Under the pieces are notes generated by a model, which saw only the letters and a list, made by a program, of their open reading frames with translations, did no database searches and was not told where the DNA came from. This document shows, piece by piece, positions 55,222 through 64,000 of a stretch of 64,000 nucleotides of DNA. The position numbers and the translations under genes were made by a program. Position 1 is the stretch's first letter. Every line of letters begins with the position of its first letter. The stretch covers positions 175 through 64,174 of the forward strand of contig CAKOKU010000006.1 in NCBI GenBank assembly GCA_934095865.1. Reading direction: 5' to 3'. The DNA is from an uncultured Bacilli bacterium. Lineage in GTDB: Bacteria; Bacillota_I; Bacilli_A; RF39; UBA660.

Positions 55222-57330
55222 ATGGACTATTTAAATGATTTAAATGAACAGCAAAGATTGGCCGTAACCCATATAAATGGTCCTTGTTTAGTCTTAGCTG
55301 GCGCCGGCTCTGGCAAAACTAGAGTTTTAACAACAAGAATTGCTTATTTAATTGCAAATGGCATTCCTTCCTATAATATTTTAGCCATAACTTTTACCAA
55401 TAAAGCGGCTAAAGAAATGAAAGAACGACTAGAGGCATTAGTTCCCAATAATTTTGCTTTTGTTGGAACCTTTCACTCTTTAGGTGTTCGCTTATTAAGA
55501 GAAAATGCTAATGTTTGTGGCTTGCAAAATAATTTTACAATTATTGACTCAGATGACGTTTTAAGTATAATTAAAAAAATTATGAAAGAAAAAGGTATTG
55601 ATCCTAAAGAGTTAGCGCCATCTTACGTTCGTAATAGAATAAGTTTTATAAAGAATGAGAATCTAAGTGAAGAAGCTATCAATAGACTATTTAATACCGA
55701 TGCCGAAAAGAAATGTTTAGAAATATATCGCGAATATCAAAGTATATTAAGAAAAAGTAACTCGGTTGACTTTGACGATTTACTAGTTCTACCTGTCAAA
55801 ATGTTTAAAGAATACCCTGAAATATTAGAAAAATATCAAGAAAAGTGTCAGTATATTTTAGTCGATGAATATCAGGACACTAACGAAGTTCAATATCAAT
55901 TTAATCGACTATTAGCGGCCAAATACCGTAATTTGTTTGTCGTTGGTGATGCCAATCAATCCATCTATGGCTTCCGTAATGCTAACTTTAGAAATATTTT
56001 GAATTTTGAAAAAGACTATAAGGATGCTTATGTTGTTACATTAGATAGTAATTACCGCAGTACCAATAACATATTAGAATGTGCTAACTGCGTTATTAGA
56101 AATAACAAAGAACGCAAAGAATTAAATTTAAAGGGTACTATTGGTGAAGGCGTTAAAACCAAATATATAACTTGTGAAAGTGGCCGCGATGAAGTAAATA
56201 CGGTATTAGAAGAAATCAAAAAGCTATATAATGAAGGTTATGATTATAAAGAAATTGGTATATTATACCGCACTAATGGTCAATCCCGTCTATTAGAAGA
56301 AGGGTTCTTAAAAGCCAATATTCCATATAATGTAGTTGGTGCTTATTACTTCTATCAAAGAAAAGAAATTAAAGATTTATTAAGTTACTTAAAACTTATA
56401 AGTAATCAAAATGATGACATTGCCTTAAGAAGAGTAATTAATGAACCAAAACGTAAAATTGGTGAATCAACCATAAATAGATTAGAATCAGAAGCTAAAA
56501 CTCAAGGAATAAGTATGTTTGATGCTATTACAGGAGGACGTGAATTAGGCTTTAAAGAAATCATTCTTGATATTAAAAAAGCCGCCGAAAACTTATCTTT
56601 AACCGAACTCGTTTCTTATGTTTTAGAAAAAAGTGGTATGCTTGCTGAATTACAAAGTGAAAAATCATTAGAAAATGAATTACGTCTAGAAAACCTTGAA
56701 GAATTTAAATCAGTAACAGCTTCTTTTGAAGAACGAACTGGCTCGGTAAATTTAAATGACTTTTTAGAAGAAATTTCTTTGGTAGCTGATATGTCTGAAC
56801 ATAAAGAAGAAAAAGATGCGGTAACTTTAATGACAATTCACAGCGCTAAAGGCCTAGAGTTTTCTTGCGTATTTCTAGTTGGGATGGAAGAAGGCATCTT
56901 TCCACATCAAAATTCATTATATAATGAAAAAGAAGTTGAAGAAGAGCGCCGATTATGTTATGTTGGTATCACCAGAGCAAAAAAACGACTATTTATCACC
57001 AACAGCCGCCGTCGAATCTTGTATGGCCATGAACAAATGAATCCGCCTTCAAGATTTATAAAAGAAATAAATCCAGAACTATTAGAAGTAATTGATAATC
57101 GTCTTAATATTAAAAATATGTTTCATCAATCTTCTAATTCATGGAGTAACAATGTTTCTAAATCTGGTGAGATTGCTACCTTCAAAGTAGGGGACCATCT
57201 AATGCATAGTTTATTTGGCCGTGGTACCGTAGTTAGTGTTGATGATACCTATTTAACAGTAGCTTTTAGTAGTCGCTTTGGAATTAAGAAAATAATGCGT
57301 AGTTTTAAAGGCATTAGAAAAATAGATTGA
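55222..57330 (+). CDS. pcrA: ATP-dependent DNA helicase PcrA/UvrD
   Basis: Likely start ATG 55222 after AAAGAGG. Has LNEQQRLAV, Walker A AGAGSGKT, DEYQDTN, helicase motifs VGDANQSIYGFR and TIHSAKGLEF, and VGITRAK. Confidence 0.93.
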   Translation: MDYLNDLNEQQRLAVTHINGPCLVLAGAGSGKTRVLTTRIAYLIANGIPSYNILAITFTNKAAKEMKERLEALVPNNFAFVGTFHSLGVRLLRENANVCGLQNNFTIIDSDDVLSIIKKIMKEKGIDPKELAPSYVRNRISFIKNENLSEEAINRLFNTDAEKKCLEIYREYQSILRKSNSVDFDDLLVLPVKMFKEYPEILEKYQEKCQYILVDEYQDTNEVQYQFNRLLAAKYRNLFVVGDANQSIYGFRNANFRNILNFEKDYKDAYVVTLDSNYRSTNNILECANCVIRNNKERKELNLKGTIGEGVKTKYITCESGRDEVNTVLEEIKKLYNEGYDYKEIGILYRTNGQSRLLEEGFLKANIPYNVVGAYYFYQRKEIKDLLSYLKLISNQNDDIALRRVINEPKRKIGESTINRLESEAKTQGISMFDAITGGRELGFKEIILDIKKAAENLSLTELVSYVLEKSGMLAELQSEKSLENELRLENLEEFKSVTASFEERTGSVNLNDFLEEISLVADMSEHKEEKDAVTLMTIHSAKGLEFSCVFLVGMEEGIFPHQNSLYNEKEVEEERRLCYVGITRAKKRLFITNSRRRILYGHEQMNPPSRFIKEINPELLEVIDNRLNIKNMFHQSSNSWSNNVSKSGEIATFKVGDHLMHSLFGRGTVVSVDDTYLTVAFSSRFGIKKIMRSFKGIRKID

Positions 57331-57357
57331 AATTATTAGAAAAGGAAGAAAAATTTT

Positions 57358-58251
57358 ATGGAATTAGTAATAATGGCCGCTGGAATGGGCTCAAGATTTG
57401 GGGGTTTAAAACAAATTGAACCAATGGGACCAAATGGAGAATTTATCATAGATTATTCTATTTATGATGCCATAAAAGCCGGCTTTAATCGAGTTATTTT
57501 TATAATTAAAAAGGAAAATGCTGAAGTATTTAAAGAAACTATTGGTAAAAGGGTAGAAGGACATATAGCTGTTAGCTATGTTTACCAAGATATGGATGAC
57601 ATTCCAAGTAAGTATATAGGAACTAATCGTGAGAAACCATGGGGGACAGCGCACGCAATTTATTGTTGCCGTAATATTGTAAAAGAACCATTTGCTATTA
57701 TAAATGCCGATGATTTCTACGGTGAAGATGCCTATAAGAAAGCCGCTGAGTTTCTAACTAAAGAAGCCAAAGGCACCAATTTTGGTATGGTTGGTTACCG
57801 TGTTGTTAATACTTTAACTGAAAATGGCTCTGTAAAAAGAGGAATTTGTAGCTCAGAAAATGGTTATTTAACCAGTTTAATTGAATCAAAAGTTGAAAGA
57901 AAAAACGGCGTAATCGAAGCTAGCCCATTGAGTGGAGCTGAAACTTTTACCGTTTCAGATAATGCTTTAGTTTCTATGAATATGTTTCTATTTACCCCAG
58001 ATATTTTTGGCATTTTAGAAAATGATATAGTAACATACTTTCAAAAACATGAAAGCAATTTAAATGAAGGTGAATTCCTAGTCCCTGATGTAGTTTTTGA
58101 TCATCTAGGAAAGAAAGATATAACTGTTAAAGTTTTAGATACTTCTAGTGTTTGGTATGGAGTAACATATAGAGAGGATGCTCTTTATGTTAAAAATTCA
58201 ATACAAAAATTAGTTAGTGACGGTAAGTATCCATTAAATTTATGGCAATAA
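57358..58251 (+). CDS. Sugar-phosphate nucleotidyltransferase family protein
   Basis: N-terminal MAAGMGSRFGGLKQ (GxGxR NTP-transferase signature). Confidence 0.65.
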   Translation: MELVIMAAGMGSRFGGLKQIEPMGPNGEFIIDYSIYDAIKAGFNRVIFIIKKENAEVFKETIGKRVEGHIAVSYVYQDMDDIPSKYIGTNREKPWGTAHAIYCCRNIVKEPFAIINADDFYGEDAYKKAAEFLTKEAKGTNFGMVGYRVVNTLTENGSVKRGICSSENGYLTSLIESKVERKNGVIEASPLSGAETFTVSDNALVSMNMFLFTPDIFGILENDIVTYFQKHESNLNEGEFLVPDVVFDHLGKKDITVKVLDTSSVWYGVTYREDALYVKNSIQKLVSDGKYPLNLWQ

Positions 58252-58282
58252 AAACTAGTCAATAATTTATTTTAATATAAGA

Positions 58283-58318
58283 ATTAGTATATTTCTATTT
58301 GAGTATACTAATTTTTTT
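58283..58318 (+). terminator. Rho-independent terminator
   Basis: ATTAGTATA-loop-TATACTAAT followed by TTTTTTT. Confidence 0.7.
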
Positions 58319-58555
58319 CTATTTAAATACCTTAAACTTTGTCTTAAGTTAGCAATTATCATCATATAATTTTTTTCTAAACTTTGAATTTAGCGTAAAT
58401 TTATACTTCAAAATACTAATTTAGTCTAAAATATTTGTTTTCAATAGCAAAATAAATTAGTTTAAAAGAATTTGTTAATCTAAAAATGAAAAATGGTAAT
58501 TTGCATTACCGAATAATTATAGTAAAATATAAAAAAGATTAAGGAGATATGTAAT

Positions 58556-59050
58556 ATGCAAAAATATAAAATAGATAAAGAAGTAGGCTATTTGGACAGA
58601 GATTTAACTTTAACACAATCAGATCTAAATTATTTACTAACTCATGAAATGGCCAAAAAGTTGAGCCTAACTAAACAAAAGAAGTATAATGCCACGTATT
58701 TAATACTAGAAACGGGATTTTTATTTTTAGAATTAAATGATTATAATACTAGATTTAATTTGCTCAAAAAATATTTACTTTTACGACAAAATATGAACTT
58801 TATGAATGAACAATATCTTAAAGATATAGATGCTATATATAAAATATCATCAGAAAAAATCTATCAAACAATTGTTTTCTATGATGGTCAAATATATGAT
58901 TTCAATACTATTTTAAAGAAGATTTTAACAACTCAAGAGTATAAATTAAAAGCAGAAAATAAAAATTACGTTGTTTGGTTTCAAAATAAAATAGTTTGGA
59001 AATTGATATATAATGAGGGGGTATATCTTTTAAAAAGAGTTAAAAGTTAA
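58556..59050 (+). CDS. Hypothetical protein
   Basis: Good RBS (AAGGAG). No motif recognised. Confidence 0.45.
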   Translation: MQKYKIDKEVGYLDRDLTLTQSDLNYLLTHEMAKKLSLTKQKKYNATYLILETGFLFLELNDYNTRFNLLKKYLLLRQNMNFMNEQYLKDIDAIYKISSEKIYQTIVFYDGQIYDFNTILKKILTTQEYKLKAENKNYVVWFQNKIVWKLIYNEGVYLLKRVKS

Positions 59051-59137
59051 AATTGCCCAAAGAAAAAGGATTGTGAACTTTAAATCATTTGCTCCAATCC
59101 CATCATAAAATTATTAATACCAAGATTCTCGTTAATT

Positions 59138-60763
59138 TTAGTTTGCTTCTAAATCTTTGGCTTGATATTCAATTGGTTCATAAACCGTACCAGTAAACCA
59201 AACCTCACCACTGTTTTTATCTCTAACAATAAACATATAAGGTTTGTCAAAAGTTAAATCAATTTTCTCGACCGGAACATCAAATAAATAATCAAAGCCA
59301 CAGTTACCAGCACCAGCACCATAAACACTAGTTGCAGCGCCTGCTTTAATTCCATCATTAGAAAACTCTATATTAGCCTTATGTGTAGCATCACTTATGT
59401 AAGCTTTATCATTTGTTAGATTAGATAAATCGGCTTTGCTTTCATCAAAAACATCAGTAATCCCTAATTTATTTAAATCAGAAACTAAATTTAATTTATA
59501 ATCAAATTTAAATAAAGGAATATAACCGTGAATTTCAGTAATAACGCCATCTTTAAAATTATTAAGGCTAACTGATTTTAAGCTTTTTATTAAACTATTA
59601 ACCTTTTTAGCATTGATATTTTTAATATAATCACTAAGCTTTTCATTCTTAGGCATAATACCTACATATTCTAAAGTTGTTCCGTTATAAGTTTTTAAAT
59701 CTTTGGCAAATACTTTAACATCATCATCAGAATAGAATGAAAAATCAGTTGAACTTTTAATAGTCATATAATTTTCATCAATTTCTTTAAGGTATTTATC
59801 AATATTTAATTTATCTGCTTCATCAGCATAACCATCAAAACCACAAGCATTTTCGCTTCCGTCTGCTACCCATTTATTATATTCATCAGTTACTGTTTTT
59901 TTAACGTTATCTTCTCCTAAAACATTTAAAATATCATATCTATTAACTACGGCCCCAATTTCAACAGCTTTAGCTTTTTTCGAATATCCTTCAAAATCTA
60001 ATCCATAAAAATCACTGAAATTTAAACCATGAATATACTTAGAATAATTTTCATGAGCAAAATCAACTACGTATGAATCATCCTCACTTTGAATTTTATT
60101 AATCCAATCCATATCAATTGCTAAAGCATTAGTTAAAATAAAATCGTTACTTGATATATCATCATATAAATTATCTATTAAATTAAAAGTTTTATTTTTA
60201 ACCCAATTATTAAGAACTGTTGGGGTTTGAAAACTATCATAAACAACATCTAAATTGTATTTTTTAAGACTATCTAAATAACTAGTTTGTATTGAACTTT
60301 TATAACTATTTTTAATAAACATTGCATTAGCAAAAGACATATTTCTACTATTAGTATATTTTTTGATATCATATTTTCCTAAAATGTTAGTTATTTGTTC
60401 TTTAGAAGTATTAGCACTTCCTTCGTTTAACATGGCTAAGGCATATTTTATTGAAAGGGGACTATATACTTCATTTTGTGAATTGTTTTCCAATTGTAAG
60501 AAATATAAATCAAAATCTGCTATGTCATTGTTTGTTAATGTATAAGCTGAATAGGGATTTTCTCTTTTTACTTCACCTTTGTTTGCATTATTGTCTTCAT
60601 TAGAATTAGCTTTTTTATTTGCATTAAAGTATAAAACTACACCGACTAGTCCAACTAAAAGTACGATGGTGATGGCAATAATGACTCCTTTCTTTTTCTT
60701 TGACTCATTACTTTTTGGCTCTTTAGTTACGTTTTCATCCAAACTTTTTTCACTATCTTCCAT
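59138..60763 (-). CDS. Membrane-anchored serpin (serine protease inhibitor family)
   Basis: Likely start ATG 60763 (MEDSEKS) after GGAGG. TM helix GVIIAITIVLLVGLVGVVLYF. Serpin blocks NWVKNKTFNLIDNL and LTNALAIDMDW, hinge HKANIEFSNDGIKAGAATSV, and C-terminal FDKPYMFIVRDKNSGEVWFTGTVYEP. Confidence 0.8.
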   Translation of the reverse strand: MEDSEKSLDENVTKEPKSNESKKKKGVIIAITIVLLVGLVGVVLYFNANKKANSNEDNNANKGEVKRENPYSAYTLTNNDIADFDLYFLQLENNSQNEVYSPLSIKYALAMLNEGSANTSKEQITNILGKYDIKKYTNSRNMSFANAMFIKNSYKSSIQTSYLDSLKKYNLDVVYDSFQTPTVLNNWVKNKTFNLIDNLYDDISSNDFILTNALAIDMDWINKIQSEDDSYVVDFAHENYSKYIHGLNFSDFYGLDFEGYSKKAKAVEIGAVVNRYDILNVLGEDNVKKTVTDEYNKWVADGSENACGFDGYADEADKLNIDKYLKEIDENYMTIKSSTDFSFYSDDDVKVFAKDLKTYNGTTLEYVGIMPKNEKLSDYIKNINAKKVNSLIKSLKSVSLNNFKDGVITEIHGYIPLFKFDYKLNLVSDLNKLGITDVFDESKADLSNLTNDKAYISDATHKANIEFSNDGIKAGAATSVYGAGAGNCGFDYLFDVPVEKIDLTFDKPYMFIVRDKNSGEVWFTGTVYEPIEYQAKDLEAN

Positions 60764-61033
60764 ATTATTCCTCCAATTATATTTTATCATAAATATTAAT
60801 AAAACAATATCTTATTTATTCTACACTACATCAATTAATTTTGACCTAAAAATGCTTTAATTATAAATGAAAAATAAGTAAGTTGATTATCTTAAAATGC
60901 TAAAATCACTTTTTAATAAAGTTCGTATCAGATAAAGAAATGCTTTTTTCTAATCTATTAATTTAAAGCTTTTAATTTTCAAATAATATGGTATAATTGG
61001 CAATGTTGCTTTATCCTTTAAAGGGAGTCTTTT

Positions 61034-62776
61034 ATGTTTGATGATAGAATTTATGAAATTATAGAAAAACATCCAAATTTAAACTTTTTTAATCAAATAT
61101 TAGATCGTAGTATTTTTGTTATTTCTCCAAATGCTGAACAGTATTTAAATGATTCTAACATGTTAGCCTTTTCTTATAATAGTTTAATCAGTCACCAGCT
61201 TATAATTGATTTATTATCTAATGCTGATTCTTATAATTTATTGCAAAAATTATTTGATGGTACATTGTTTGGAATTAATATTTTCTTTTTGGGCGAAGAT
61301 GGTAATTATATCAAACAATACTTACTTAGAAAACAAAATTTTGGCGAAGTTCTTAAACAGATAGATATAAATAAATACCCAGCTTTAGCTTCAAAATACA
61401 AAAATTTGCTATATAAGCTTTCACTGGCAAGTTATATTGAAGAACATAAAGATGATGTATACGAAATTAGCGTTGATAATATTAGCCATAAAATTAAAGT
61501 TGCTGATATTTTTGAATTTATTATTCAGGATGAAGAAACCCTTGCTGCCGTTTTAGATGCCAAACCAACCAAGTTGTTCAAAATTCCTGCCTCGCATTTT
61601 CTATATGCTGTAAATATATATTTTTTGAATAATGACTTATTACGAACATACCATACACCCACCAAAGTTCAAAATAGTTTGAAATTAATTTCTTCATCGA
61701 AAAAAGTAGATATTCAATCAATTAATAAGTACCTTGAAACTAAAGACTATATGCTCCCTAAAGTTCACGTGGATAAAAGCCTTGAAATGGCCATTATAGA
61801 GTATCTGCCATCAGAATTTAATTATTTAGAAAAAGCTATTTACATTTATATAATGATGTGTAAAGTTTTAACCTATGATGAAACTTTCTATGTCGTAAAC
61901 CAAAAAGGTCCTTTAGCCCAAGCTCATAAACAAATTGAAAATATAATAACTATAACGTTAACCAATAATAGAGTAGTATGTTATGAATTTAATGCTATGT
62001 ATGCCTATTTTTTAAATGGACTAGGAATTAACTATAAACATTTTGTTATGGTGACTAACAGTTTTGGCAAGCCATGCATTGAAGAATTTTTTGAAGGCTG
62101 CAATGTTTATGGAGAAGGGCATACTTTTTTAAGATTTCGTTTCGGTAAATTTTTAATAAATGCTGATAGTGTTAAGACAATATTACAAGGTGATATAATG
62201 CAAGCCAAGTTAAATCAACCGTTATCCGGTTTATTTTGCCTAAACACAAATGAACAAACCCAAAAAGAATTCCAAGAAACTTTGCAAAAAGTATATAACT
62301 ATATTGCTAAAATTACTCCCAATGTTTTAAGTACCAGTCCCAATAGTCAAGACCACTTCGAAAAAGCTTTAGCTATGTTTAATGCCTCAACAGATAAATT
62401 AAGACAAATCCCACTACAAGAAAGAATATCTATTTTAATTCGGAAAGTAAATGAATCGATTTTAGGTGGCATTGATGCTTACTCATATTTATTGCAACTA
62501 TCCAAAATTTTATTTACGGAACAAGAACGCAGAGAAAACGTAAATATAACTTTATTAAGAAATACTTCTTTAACTAATGATGGTCCAACAATATCTTTAA
62601 TTGCTGTAATATCATTAAAAATAAATGATAACTATCCAATGATATTAAGATTTGTTTATAAGCCAGGACAAGAGTTGATATCAATAACTGAAGAAGAACT
62701 TAAGACTAAATTTAGTAGTGATGAATTCGCTTACGTTGATAATGACTCTCCTAAAATTCCCGCTTTAAAAAGGTAA
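61034..62776 (+). CDS. Hypothetical protein with possible transglutaminase-like Cys-His-Asp core
   Basis: VVCYEFNAMYAYFLNGLGINYKHF (Cys), GEGHTFLRF (His) and LINADS (Asp), in the order and spacing typical of transglutaminase-like cysteine proteases. Confidence 0.45.
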   Translation: MFDDRIYEIIEKHPNLNFFNQILDRSIFVISPNAEQYLNDSNMLAFSYNSLISHQLIIDLLSNADSYNLLQKLFDGTLFGINIFFLGEDGNYIKQYLLRKQNFGEVLKQIDINKYPALASKYKNLLYKLSLASYIEEHKDDVYEISVDNISHKIKVADIFEFIIQDEETLAAVLDAKPTKLFKIPASHFLYAVNIYFLNNDLLRTYHTPTKVQNSLKLISSSKKVDIQSINKYLETKDYMLPKVHVDKSLEMAIIEYLPSEFNYLEKAIYIYIMMCKVLTYDETFYVVNQKGPLAQAHKQIENIITITLTNNRVVCYEFNAMYAYFLNGLGINYKHFVMVTNSFGKPCIEEFFEGCNVYGEGHTFLRFRFGKFLINADSVKTILQGDIMQAKLNQPLSGLFCLNTNEQTQKEFQETLQKVYNYIAKITPNVLSTSPNSQDHFEKALAMFNASTDKLRQIPLQERISILIRKVNESILGGIDAYSYLLQLSKILFTEQERRENVNITLLRNTSLTNDGPTISLIAVISLKINDNYPMILRFVYKPGQELISITEEELKTKFSSDEFAYVDNDSPKIPALKR

Positions 62777-62781
62777 TAACT

Positions 62782-63009
62782 ATGCAAGAAAAACTAAAAA
62801 AACTAAATATAGCTTTAATAAAAAAATATCCTGTTGATTCTGATGAATACAAAAAACAATTATTATTAAAAGAACTGTTAAATGATACCAAATGCTTCTT
62901 TAAAATTACTCCCGAAACGGCCTACGCCATTCTTCGAGAACTAGAGCTTGAAGAAGCTATTATTCCTAGAATATATTTAGAGTTAATCGATTCTAAAAAC
63001 TTTAATTAA
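62782..63009 (+). CDS. Small hypothetical protein coupled to the upstream gene
   Basis: 75 aa, starting 5 nt after the upstream stop. Confidence 0.4.
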   Translation: MQEKLKKLNIALIKKYPVDSDEYKKQLLLKELLNDTKCFFKITPETAYAILRELELEEAIIPRIYLELIDSKNFN

Positions 63010-63056
63010 CCTCAATTCCTAGATAAGCATATCTTATTAGATTAAATTTTATTATC

Positions 63057-63084
63057 AACCATCGTTTCTTACGGTGGTTTTTGC
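63057..63084 (+). terminator. Rho-independent terminator
   Basis: AACCATCG-TTTCTTA-CGGTGGTT followed by TTTT. Confidence 0.6.
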
Positions 63085-63249
63085 AACTATAAATATAATT
63101 TTCTTATTCAAAAGAAATTTGTTTTCTTATTATTTAGAGGGCTCTGCTATTTTATAAAAGCAAAAACAAATAAAATAAAAAAATTGTTTAGTTATATATT
63201 AAAATACTAAAAAAGATGATAAAATGAAATTACAATAGGAGGTGAGATT

Positions 63250-63798
63250 ATGTGGGTTTATGTTATCATAGCAATAGTGGCTTTAATTATTATTTATGTT
63301 TTTGCCTTATATAACAGCTTTATAAAATTAAATAATAAGGTCAAAGAAGCTTTTTCTACTATGGATGTCTATCTTAAAAAAAGATGGGATTTAATTCCTA
63401 ATCTTGTAGAAACAGTAAAAGCCTATGCAGAATATGAAAAAGATACATTAAAAGAAGTTGTAGAGTTAATAAACAGCACATATGATAAAATGTCTAATGA
63501 TGAAAAAATCAAAACTAATGAACAATTATCTAGCGGTATCAATAAAATAATGGCTTTAGCAGAAAATTATCCCGATTTAAAAGCTAATGAGAATTTTAAA
63601 GATTTAAGTATTCAATTAACAAAAGTTGAAGACGAAATAGCTAATTCTAGAAAATACTACAATGGTGTTGTAAGAATTTATAACAATAAAGTTGAAATGT
63701 TTCCAAGTAATATTGTTGCTAACTTATTCGGCTATAAATCAAAGACAATGTTTGCCGCAAATGCAAACGAAAGAGAAAATATAAAAGTTGAATTATAA
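63250..63798 (+). CDS. lemA: LemA family membrane protein
   Basis: N-terminal TM, then YNSFIKLNNKVKEAFSTMDVYLKKRWDLIPNLVETVK...NSRKYYNGVVRIYNNKVEMFPSNIVA, a typical LemA sequence. Confidence 0.88.
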   Translation: MWVYVIIAIVALIIIYVFALYNSFIKLNNKVKEAFSTMDVYLKKRWDLIPNLVETVKAYAEYEKDTLKEVVELINSTYDKMSNDEKIKTNEQLSSGINKIMALAENYPDLKANENFKDLSIQLTKVEDEIANSRKYYNGVVRIYNNKVEMFPSNIVANLFGYKSKTMFAANANERENIKVEL

Positions 63799-63811
63799 TT
63801 ATGGAGTAAAA

Positions 63812-64000
63812 ATGAAAAAAATTATTAAAGAAGTATCTTTATTCATTGTCATAGTATTGTCTTTATTATTTATTAATTCAGCAAATGTCCAAGCTATATC
63901 CAAACAAACTTCATATGTAAATATTAATGATATGAGTTCCCTAGAAGTTGGAAATTTATATTTTACGAATCTTTCGTTTAATGATTATTCTTCTACTTCT
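63812..64000 (+). CDS. Partial CDS (5' end only): secreted protein downstream of lemA
   Basis: ATG 63812 after GGAG. The signal peptide ends ...NSANVQA|IS. The ORF runs off the window end. Confidence 0.45.
   Translation, partial: MKKIIKEVSLFIVIVLSLLFINSANVQAISKQTSYVNINDMSSLEVGNLYFTNLSFNDYSSTS

Noticed and set aside
1-64000. Alternative genetic code (UGA=Trp, Mollicute-like), suggested by the very low GC content
   Set aside because: Long ORFs are intact under the standard code and several genes end in TGA (e.g. hrcA at 41054-41056). Trp is encoded by TGG throughout.
1-64000. tRNA, rRNA, CRISPR arrays, IS elements and toxin-antitoxin pairs
   Set aside because: I recognised none while reading both strands. 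Intergenic regions are short and AT-rich, and no spaced direct-repeat arrays or transposase-like ORFs are present. A covariance-model scan would be needed to fully exclude small RNAs.

Overview
Strongly AT-rich chromosomal window that uses the standard genetic code (TGA is a stop, e.g. at the end of hrcA). It looks like a low-GC Firmicute, probably a spore former: it has a SpoIVFA/SpoIVFB-like pair after radC, a CotD-like coat protein and rubrerythrin. Most of the window is housekeeping: radC, recX, prsA, rbr, fmt, a GT2 glycosyltransferase, a dGTPase-like HD protein, an M16 peptidase pair, rpsD, the hrcA-grpE-dnaK-pepF-dnaJ heat-shock operon with CIRCE operators, ffh, ruvA, ruvB, pcrA and lemA. 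I recognised no rRNA, tRNA, CRISPR array, transposase, integrase or recombinase. The main accessory region lies at about 20.0-39.8 kb, between rpsD and hrcA. It holds 11 co-directional, tightly packed genes for an atypical Tad-like (type IVc filament) machine: a CpaF/TadA-type ATPase, TadB- and TadC-like platform proteins and two tandem CpaB-like proteins. No Flp pilin, TadV, TadZ or secretin is present. Instead there is a 579-aa modular prepilin with a type IVa-style G|FTIPE signal and glycine-zipper segments, a 2319-aa secreted Cys-rich protein with an intact M23 peptidoglycan-hydrolase core, and four orphan single-pass membrane proteins. Convergent to this cluster is a 677-aa surface protein gene. 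Its upstream region carries a 292-bp element bounded by 27-bp inverted repeats (26/27 match) around a promoter-like core, which I read as a candidate phase-variation inverton sitting next to the hrcA promoter. A shorter paralogue of that surface protein lies between dnaJ and ffh. Other notable items are a membrane-anchored bacterial serpin, pepF inserted inside the dnaK operon, and two large acidic coiled-coil proteins. All calls come from reading motifs by eye. No database or structure searches were run.
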